Positions 25,699-32,634 of a stretch of 36,818 nucleotides of DNA are shown here, in pieces. A program made the position numbers and the translations under genes. Location: assembly GCA_029004695.1 (NCBI GenBank), contig JAQVZB010000001.1, forward strand, positions 1 to 36,818, given 5' to 3'. The notes below the pieces were generated by a model that saw nothing but the letters and a program-made list of their open reading frames with translations, ran no database searches and was not told the origin of the DNA. Each line of letters opens with the position of its first letter. Position 1 is the first letter of the stretch. Source of the stretch: Bacilli bacterium (GTDB lineage Bacteria > Bacillota_I > Bacilli_A > RF39 > UBA660).

Positions 25699-27327
25699 TT
25701 ATTTTATTTGTTTTTCAGATTCGCTTATTAAAAATTTATTTACTTGGACCATAAACCATAATTTTTCAATAGTTAACTGACTCTTTTCAAGTTCTTGAAT
25801 TCTCAATATTAAATTAATCCGTTCGGTAAAACTATCGATATTTTCTGGATATAAGTCTTCATTAGTAATATTAATATTTAATAATCGATATTTATTTATA
25901 ATTACCTTAGCAACACTAACTTCATCAAAAGCATTCACAGGACATACGATAACATTAGTTAAATCAAGTGCAAATAAATCAAAACTATCACTATATTCAA
26001 TTAGCTCATCATAACTATTTATTTCATAAGAATTTTTAATTGCTTCTTTTTTATAATAATCAAAACTATAATAAATATGCAACAAATCTTTTAAGGCAAA
26101 ATTATTGCTTATAACGTCTAGAACTTTCACTTTAAAATATTCATCATTATAATTTTGATATAAACCATATAATTCTGCTGCTTGTCTTACTGATTCAATT
26201 TTTAAATCTGTAGCATTTTTTTCTTTATGAATAAAAAATTTATTAGTTGTCCCAAATATTTTTTTATTTAATTTATTTAATTTATTTTCATTCTTATTAA
26301 TTTGAGACTCTAATTCTTTAAGTTGTTTGTTTGAATCATTTTTATTAATTTCAGAATCTATTTTCTTAATATATTTTAATTTAAAGTCATTAATAAGTGG
26401 TGAAAACTTAACATAATTAGCATATTCTTCAACATTTTCTTTTAATTTAGCTAAACTTTCATAAAATTTGTTCATAACAAGTTCATTTTCAACATTTAAG
26501 GAATCTAACATTAAACTACTATAAGTAGATACTCTAACTTTAGATTCTTCAAAAAAATGATTAACGTCTAATTCACCTTTTTTAGCTAGTTCAATAATAT
26601 CAGAAACATTTTCTTCACCGATAGTTTTCATTTCTTGATATAAATTAGTAAGCTTATCTATACAACTTTTATAATCAATATTATTTTTCTGTATTAACTC
26701 TTTTTTTAATTTATTAATATAATCAATAAAATATTTCTCATTTTTTCTTATCAATTTTCTAAAATTTAGCTCAATATGAGAAATTATCTCTGGGTTTTCC
26801 CAATATATTTTTTCAAATATTTCGGTTAATTCGTCAATGTTTTTATTATCAGATTTTCTTATATCCATAAAAGAAATCATAAACTGATTTACATAATAAG
26901 TATAATTAAAATCATTTTTATTTAATTTTATATTAACCATTTCAAATTTATTTATAAATTCATTAAAAATATTATTTAAGGAACTAAAATTGACATCTTG
27001 AGAATTAGAAATTTGATAAAATAAAGTGTCAAAACCCATTTTTTCAAAATATGTATTTGAAGGATTTAAAATAAATCTTATATTTTCTAATTTAGATATT
27101 TTATCGGCTAAATCAGCAGTATTCCTGTTATCAATCACATTAAAAGATTTACTTTTTAATTCTAAATATTTTTTGATTGATTTCTTATATTCAGTATATG
27201 TATTAAAAACTTCATCTATTTTAGCATTAAACTTTCTTTTATTGGTTTTAGTATTAACTGGCATAGACGAAAATAATATTTTTTTAGATTGAATATCTTC
27301 TTCAATGTACTCTAAAAAATTTGCCAT
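25699..27327 (-). CDS. cytoplasmic K/N/E-rich helical protein, unknown function
   Basis: A 542-codon ORF with no signal or TM segment and long coiled-coil-like stretches. The GAGGAGG RBS is embedded in the end of the preceding 46-codon ORF. Confidence 0.55.
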   Translation of the reverse strand: MANFLEYIEEDIQSKKILFSSMPVNTKTNKRKFNAKIDEVFNTYTEYKKSIKKYLELKSKSFNVIDNRNTADLADKISKLENIRFILNPSNTYFEKMGFDTLFYQISNSQDVNFSSLNNIFNEFINKFEMVNIKLNKNDFNYTYYVNQFMISFMDIRKSDNKNIDELTEIFEKIYWENPEIISHIELNFRKLIRKNEKYFIDYINKLKKELIQKNNIDYKSCIDKLTNLYQEMKTIGEENVSDIIELAKKGELDVNHFFEESKVRVSTYSSLMLDSLNVENELVMNKFYESLAKLKENVEEYANYVKFSPLINDFKLKYIKKIDSEINKNDSNKQLKELESQINKNENKLNKLNKKIFGTTNKFFIHKEKNATDLKIESVRQAAELYGLYQNYNDEYFKVKVLDVISNNFALKDLLHIYYSFDYYKKEAIKNSYEINSYDELIEYSDSFDLFALDLTNVIVCPVNAFDEVSVAKVIINKYRLLNINITNEDLYPENIDSFTERINLILRIQELEKSQLTIEKLWFMVQVNKFLISESEKQIK

Positions 27328-27328
27328 G

Positions 27329-27469
27329 TTAATCCTCCTCTTTAGTTTCTTCTATCTTAGTTTCACTTAAATAAGATAAAAAATTATTTACATTTTCATA
27401 AAGGTTAACTAGCTCATTTAAAGTCAAAACTGATAAATCAAAATCAACTTTTTTTTCTTCTTTATTCAT
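27329..27469 (-). CDS. 46-aa acidic protein (absent from the ORF track)
   Basis: ATG at 27469, with a GGGTGA RBS 5 nt upstream. Translation: MNKEEKKVDFDLSVLTLNELVNLYENVNNFLSYLSETKIEETKEED. Its stop lies 1 nt before the next ATG, and it starts 14 nt after the upstream stop. Confidence 0.45.
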   Translation of the reverse strand: MNKEEKKVDFDLSVLTLNELVNLYENVNNFLSYLSETKIEETKEED

Positions 27470-27482
27470 ATTATCACCCTTT

Positions 27483-28556
27483 TTATACTTCATATCCAGC
27501 TAAATCTTTTATAAAGTTTATTATGATATCTAAAGATGTTCCTTTAGAATATGTTTCTAAACTATCAACATCTTGTCCTTCTAACCAAATATAGACTCTT
27601 GCTTTAGTTATAGCATTTGGTACTTGAAAAATAGGCTGCGAGAAATCTTTTATAGTATTCTGAATAGCGAAATGTTCACTATCAAGTGGCACTCCAGTGC
27701 CTGGATGGCCATTAATATGATCTAGACGTTTACCTTCTTTTATAATACCATAAGTTGGGATATATGTTCCATCAATAAGTGTAATTCCATAATTTTCAGC
27801 AGCTTCAATTGAAGCTACAGTATGAATATTATTATTTGGTTCATATATAACCATCTCACACCTATTAATACATTTCATGTTTTGGATTTCTTTAACCGGA
27901 GTATTATGAGGAAGGCTTCCCATTTTTATTACTCCAACCCTTAAAGAATTCATAATATTACTCATTGATTCTTTTATTTCTTCACTAGTATCTTCTTGAT
28001 AATCAATCATAGTATTTTCTTCAAAAAATATATTATCAGGATATGGTGAACCACTTGAATTTTTTAAAAAAATATCAAAAGCAACAAAATAACTTGATGC
28101 ATTAGCTCTTTTTTCTTCGGCTTTAACGACATTTAATAATTTTTTAGTTGTATTATTATTAGGATTTCTTGTCCTTGTTCTAATTAAATCACCAATAAAG
28201 ATATCAAATTTATCATTATTAGGAAATAATGCTCCATTTGTTGATACCGGCCATAATCCGTAAGACCATTGGTTAACATGATCTGGATAGGTTTCTTTTA
28301 AATCCATAATTATACTATCCATTGAAATATTAACCGAGTCAGAAAATTCAATACCATCTAGCGATATGAACAAACCAGTATTACTGGAAACTGATAATTG
28401 AAAAAAATTAATTTTAACATTCAAAGCTGATGATAACCAAGCATAAGTTGAAGCAGTTAATAAAATAGCAGATAAAAAAGTAACCCAAAATAGTGTTCTT
28501 CGGTTTTTAAATTTAAATAAATTAATTGTTTTTATATTATTTTTTTTAAAATCCAT
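27483..28556 (-). CDS. divergent member (357 aa) of the large TasA-like paralogue family
   Basis: The signal ends in LTASTYAWLSS. Shared blocks with the three large paralogues are YFVAFDIFLKNSSGSPY, SLRVGV, VIYEPNN, YIPTYG and ITKARVYIWLEGQDVD. Two Cys residues occur in MKCINRC. Confidence 0.6.
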   Translation of the reverse strand: MDFKKNNIKTINLFKFKNRRTLFWVTFLSAILLTASTYAWLSSALNVKINFFQLSVSSNTGLFISLDGIEFSDSVNISMDSIIMDLKETYPDHVNQWSYGLWPVSTNGALFPNNDKFDIFIGDLIRTRTRNPNNNTTKKLLNVVKAEEKRANASSYFVAFDIFLKNSSGSPYPDNIFFEENTMIDYQEDTSEEIKESMSNIMNSLRVGVIKMGSLPHNTPVKEIQNMKCINRCEMVIYEPNNNIHTVASIEAAENYGITLIDGTYIPTYGIIKEGKRLDHINGHPGTGVPLDSEHFAIQNTIKDFSQPIFQVPNAITKARVYIWLEGQDVDSLETYSKGTSLDIIINFIKDLAGYEV

Positions 28557-28583
28557 TAAATACCTCTATATTTAATATAATTA

Positions 28584-28608
28584 AAGAGTAACCAGATTGA
28601 TTACTCTT
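28584..28608 (-). terminator. weak hairpin (possible attenuator) between the 428-aa and 357-aa paralogue genes
   Basis: AAGAGTAA (28584-28591) pairs with TTACTCTT (28601-28608) around a 9-nt loop. On the minus strand it is followed by TAATTATATT. A TATAAT-like hexamer abuts it, so a promoter reading is equally possible. Confidence 0.3.
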
Positions 28609-28671
28609 CATTATACTATAATATTAAATAATCATTAATATTAATTAATCTTAAATTATTTCCATTTATAA

Positions 28672-29958
28672 TTATGGAGCTGTTGTTGTAGGTACAGTAG
28701 TAGTTGCAGCTGGTTCTACAGTTGTTGGTGCGGTATATCCAGGAATATCACTATCAATAAATCTTTGTTTTGTGAATCCGAATTGAACAGAAATACTTTT
28801 TCCAATTGATGCAAAATCATAATTATCAATATCTTGACCTTCAATATAAATGTATACTCTTACTTTTGTAATACTATTTGGAGCAAGTGTCATAAATTGT
28901 GGACGAGCTGTTCCAGTAAGTATTTTCATTGAATCAGTAAAATATGGATATGCTTCTAATAAAGCTGTTCCTCCTTCAGGTACATCAGTACTTGCAGTAT
29001 AAGGTTCATAAAGTTCTGGTTCTGAACCAGAAACATAACCATTATATGCTTCTCCATCATAAACATCTACAGCATTTACAGATGTAATTTCTTGTGCAAC
29101 GGCATAAGTTGGATAACTAGTTCCATTTGCAAATGGTCCGCATGATCCAAATTCACCTATATATGCTCCCGATTTATCTCTTTGTTTACATGATGTTTCA
29201 TACCAACTAATAGCGCCAACTACATGGCTTTTATCATTTGGTTCCCAAATTTGAGCTCTTTTTGTACAAATACCAGTTACTACACCAGCCACATCTTCAC
29301 ATGTAATACCAGTTATAGTTGCAGCAGTTTCTGTTGTCCCTTTAACACGCCCTATTTGAGCAAACGCGACTCTAACTGAATTCTCAATTCCAGTATTAGC
29401 CACTCCACTAGATGAAACTGTAACTTGTGAATCAGTTGACAAATAAATTGCTTCTTCATCAAGTGGTTCATATGATTCAATGTATTGAGTACCTGATGAG
29501 TTTTTGATAAATAAATCAAATGCTACATATCCATTAACATCATAATCTACATCATTTTCAGCACGGCTTGCAATAAGTCTGTAACCTCCTAATGAAGGGG
29601 TTAAACTTGCCTTTTCAAAAAGAATCATTCTTGATACTGTTGCATCAATATCACCTACTGATGACATTGGAATTAATCCTCCGCCTGACCACCAATTAGT
29701 GTTGCCTGAATAAACAGTATCTGTATCATCATTAAAATTATCCGCATTAATTGCTACGGTATCTTTCCAAGTTGATCCATTTAATGACAATTGTAAATCT
29801 TCTGTACCAGCAATAGTAACATCAAAGTTAGTAACACTTACTGTTCGCATACCGACAAACCACGCATATGTTGATACAGATAATATTATCGCTGTTAATG
29901 ACAAAGCAATAACTAAATTTTTGACACGATTTTTGTGTCCAAGTTTTCCTTTTTTCAT
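28672..29958 (-). CDS. large TasA-like paralogue (428 aa) with a Thr/Pro/Ala-rich C-terminal tail; candidate major subunit
   Basis: The signal ends in LSVSTYAWFVGMRTVSV. Conserved blocks: LIPMSSVG, GYRLIASR, GYVAFDLFIKNSSG, GIENSVRVAFAQIGRV, IWEPND, YPTYA, ITKVRVYIYIEGQDIDNYDF and FGFTKQRF. The tail is PGYTAPTTVEPAATTTVPTTTAP. An AAGAGGT RBS lies 18 nt after the upstream stop. Confidence 0.65.
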   Translation of the reverse strand: MKKGKLGHKNRVKNLVIALSLTAIILSVSTYAWFVGMRTVSVTNFDVTIAGTEDLQLSLNGSTWKDTVAINADNFNDDTDTVYSGNTNWWSGGGLIPMSSVGDIDATVSRMILFEKASLTPSLGGYRLIASRAENDVDYDVNGYVAFDLFIKNSSGTQYIESYEPLDEEAIYLSTDSQVTVSSSGVANTGIENSVRVAFAQIGRVKGTTETAATITGITCEDVAGVVTGICTKRAQIWEPNDKSHVVGAISWYETSCKQRDKSGAYIGEFGSCGPFANGTSYPTYAVAQEITSVNAVDVYDGEAYNGYVSGSEPELYEPYTASTDVPEGGTALLEAYPYFTDSMKILTGTARPQFMTLAPNSITKVRVYIYIEGQDIDNYDFASIGKSISVQFGFTKQRFIDSDIPGYTAPTTVEPAATTTVPTTTAP

Positions 29959-29976
29959 AATTACCTCTTTCCTCTT

Positions 29977-30669
29977 CTATTTAATTATTTCCGATTTAAA
30001 ATCCATATGAATTTTAATCTGACCTCCCAAAATATTATCGGTACATTCTGGGTCGGTACCTTCTAGCCATAAGACTATCGTATACTTGTCGCGATTACCC
30101 GGAGCAAAATTTTGTACATGATCTCTTGCAACAAGGGTATCTGATGTAAATGCAACTGTTCCTTTTTCGAGAGTATTATTTCTTGATATTTTAGCATATG
30201 TTATATCTTCACCATTTTTATATACTCTAATACGAATAGCATCATCTACATTTTTTATAACATCATCAATGACAATTTCGGACCAATAGTCGGCAATTTC
30301 TGAGCCTAAATTTTCTATATAAAAAGTATATGCAACAAAATTTTCACCATTATGCGAGCCGTTACTTCGTTCGTTTAAATTATTTGGAAGCCAAGTACCT
30401 GATATATTATCAAAATGACTTATCGTTTCTGCAAATAATTCTGATCTGAAAACTTTATAATCGGGATCGTCATATATAATTATATTATTTTTTATATATA
30501 ATTCTCGATCTAAATTTACGCTAAAACTTCCACCTTTATATATTAATGCAAATACTAAATATATAAGAAGTAAAAATAGTAATATAAATAATAATATTAA
30601 CTTTAAAATTTTCACTATTCTTTTTTTGCGTTTTACTTTTTTAGCGCTTGTTACAATTTCCTTTTTCAT
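29977..30669 (-). CDS. short membrane-anchored member of the family (230 aa) lacking the TxAxF signal motif
   Basis: A strongly basic N-terminus is followed by a long TM (ILKLILLFILLFLLLIYLVFALIY) and then KGGSFSV. FVAYTFYIENLGSEIADY and KYTIVLWLEGTDPECTDN...IKIHMDF are the family blocks. Confidence 0.55.
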   Translation of the reverse strand: MKKEIVTSAKKVKRKKRIVKILKLILLFILLFLLLIYLVFALIYKGGSFSVNLDRELYIKNNIIIYDDPDYKVFRSELFAETISHFDNISGTWLPNNLNERSNGSHNGENFVAYTFYIENLGSEIADYWSEIVIDDVIKNVDDAIRIRVYKNGEDITYAKISRNNTLEKGTVAFTSDTLVARDHVQNFAPGNRDKYTIVLWLEGTDPECTDNILGGQIKIHMDFKSEIIK

Positions 30670-30734
30670 AAAAATCCTTTTCTCTCAATTTTGACGTTAC
30701 TCTCTATATACACCCTACCTTAATATACAATTAA

Positions 30735-30787
30735 ATTTTATCAATTTAAATATTGTTTGTCAATTCAATTTGAAGAATATTGTCGAA
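30735..30787 (-). promoter_or_regulatory. promoter of the 230-aa/428-aa transcription unit with an upstream TTCGACAA box
   Basis: On the minus strand: TTCGACAA (30780-30787), 16 nt, TTGACA (30758-30763), a 17-nt spacer ending in TGa, then TAAAAT (30735-30740). Confidence 0.55.
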
Positions 30788-30850
30788 AATTATCATTTTA
30801 TAAATAAAAAGGCAAAAATTATTTTAGCTAATTAAATTAATAATTATATT

Positions 30851-30882
30851 AAACAAAAAAAACACATATCTGTGTTTTTTTG
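30851..30882 (-). terminator. intrinsic terminator after the 511-aa paralogue gene
   Basis: AACACA (30861-30866), loop TATC and TGTGTT (30871-30876). The stem is extended by flanking A and T runs that provide the U-tract on either strand. Confidence 0.6.
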
Positions 30883-30904
30883 TAATTATTTTTTTTAATA
30901 ATTA

Positions 30905-32440
30905 TTATGGTGTTGATTCGGTAACTACTATTGATCTGGTTTTTATACCTAAGTTCCCTGCTGCATCTCTTACTTTATAAGTGATTTTATATGTGCCAGG
31001 AACATATAAATCAACAGTTCCGATCGCTTCAATATCATCAGTTAAAGTACCATCCACATTATCAATTGCAGTTGCTCCAGCGTCTGTATAAGTTACATCT
31101 GGTTCTGTAGGTACAGTAACATTATCTATCGCATTTCCTAATAATGTTATTCTAGGAGCTGTATAGTCGATATCTATTGTTATTGGATTACCTTCACCAT
31201 CTGTTTGGATAACTCCATTTTCATCTCTTAAATATGGCCCTTTACCTTTATTTACATCTGGCCCAGTGTAATTAATATCATCTTCAGTAAATCTTTGTTT
31301 CGTAAATCCGAATGCTACAGATATTTGATGTCCTATTGAAGAAAAATCATAGTTATCTATATCTTGTCCTTCAATATAAATATATACTCTTATTTTAGTA
31401 ATACTATTTGGAGCTAAAGTTATAAATGTAGGACGTTCAGTACTAGTTAAGAACTTCATTGTATCAGTAAAATATGAAATAGATTGTAAATAAGTAGCTG
31501 AAGTATAACCATTATATACGGCTCCATCATATACATCAACATTAGATTTTGATGGAATTAGAGCTTTAATTGCGTAAGTTGGATAAGCTAAGCCATCAAT
31601 AACTAATCCACATTCATTGGTTGTATAAGATGCATCTGTGGTTATATCTGCTCCCGTTCTATTTAAGCAACTAGTTTCATACCAGCTTATTGCTCCAACT
31701 ACATGGGAAGTATCATTTGGTTCCCAAACTTGAGCTGCTCTACAAATTCCAGTAATACCAGAAGGTGTTCCTTCAGGTAAAGTAGCTACATCAGAGCATT
31801 TTATTCCTTGTATTTTTGTTGCATCTTCTTCACTAGCGATTACTCTTCCTATTTCTGCAAATGCTACTCTTACCGAGTTTTCAATTCCAGTATTAGCTAC
31901 TCCAGCATTAGATACTTTTACTTCAGAATCAACAGTTAAATATATTGCTTCTTCATCAGCTTGATTTAATGTTTCAATATAATCTTCCCCAGTAAAGTTT
32001 TTAACAAATAAATCAAATGCTACATAGCCATTTTGTTCACTAGTTGAATTATCAACTTTACTAGCTAATAATCGATAACCTCCAGGTGAAGGAGTTAAAC
32101 TAGCTTTTTCATATAATTCCAATCTTGAAGAATCTGCATTAATTACACCAACAGATGACATTGGAATTAATCCTGTTCCTGCCCACCAGTTTTTATTACC
32201 AGTATAAGCAGTGGAATAATTACTACCATTTATCGTAACAGTTTCTGAAAATGTTGATCCGTCTAATGATAGAAGTAAACTTTCAGTTCCTGCAATATCG
32301 ACGTCAAAACTAGAAACACTAACAGTACGCATTCCAACAAACCATGCATAAGTAGAAACTCCAATTATTACTGCTGTTAAAGCAAAAATAATTACCAGAT
32401 TTCTAAGTCTACTTGCGTAAGCCTTTTTTGTTTTTTTCAT
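30905..32440 (-). CDS. large TasA-like paralogue (511 aa) with a C-terminal DUF5011-type Ig-like domain
   Basis: The signal ends in IGVSTYAWFVGMRTVSV. It has the same conserved blocks as the 428-aa paralogue. The C-terminus (APRITLLGN...YTDAGATAIDNVDGTLTDDI...PGTYKITYKVRDAAGNLG...RSIVV) fits the DUF5011 pattern. AAGAGGA RBS. Confidence 0.65.
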   Translation of the reverse strand: MKKTKKAYASRLRNLVIIFALTAVIIGVSTYAWFVGMRTVSVSSFDVDIAGTESLLLSLDGSTFSETVTINGSNYSTAYTGNKNWWAGTGLIPMSSVGVINADSSRLELYEKASLTPSPGGYRLLASKVDNSTSEQNGYVAFDLFVKNFTGEDYIETLNQADEEAIYLTVDSEVKVSNAGVANTGIENSVRVAFAEIGRVIASEEDATKIQGIKCSDVATLPEGTPSGITGICRAAQVWEPNDTSHVVGAISWYETSCLNRTGADITTDASYTTNECGLVIDGLAYPTYAIKALIPSKSNVDVYDGAVYNGYTSATYLQSISYFTDTMKFLTSTERPTFITLAPNSITKIRVYIYIEGQDIDNYDFSSIGHQISVAFGFTKQRFTEDDINYTGPDVNKGKGPYLRDENGVIQTDGEGNPITIDIDYTAPRITLLGNAIDNVTVPTEPDVTYTDAGATAIDNVDGTLTDDIEAIGTVDLYVPGTYKITYKVRDAAGNLGIKTRSIVVTESTP

Positions 32441-32546
32441 TTTTTTCCTCTTTCCTTTTCTTATTTTTGTATATTACATTAGTTATAAATTACTTCTAAA
32501 TAGTAATATACGTATAATTCGATAACTACTACCGTAATATAATATA

Positions 32547-32588
32547 ATCTTATCATAATCTAAAACTTTGTCAATATTTTTTGTCGAA
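32547..32588 (-). promoter_or_regulatory. promoter of the 511-aa paralogue gene with an upstream TTCGACAA box
   Basis: On the minus strand: TTCGACAA (32581-32588), 6 nt, TTGACA (32569-32574), a 16-nt spacer ending in TGa, then TAAGAT (32547-32552). The leader would be about 100 nt. Confidence 0.55.
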
Positions 32589-32605
32589 TTTTGTTATTTT
32601 CAATT

Positions 32606-32634
32606 AAAAAAGATTTAAAATATAAATCTTTTTA
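32606..32634 (-). terminator. A/T-rich hairpin terminator after the 480-aa paralogue gene
   Basis: AAAAAGATTTA (32607-32617) pairs with TAAATCTTTTT (32623-32633) around a 5-nt loop. It overlaps the stop codon, and the stem is almost entirely A/T. Confidence 0.45.

Noticed and set aside
27026-27292. 88-aa plus-strand ORF
   Set aside because: It is antisense within the 542-aa gene. Shadow ORF.
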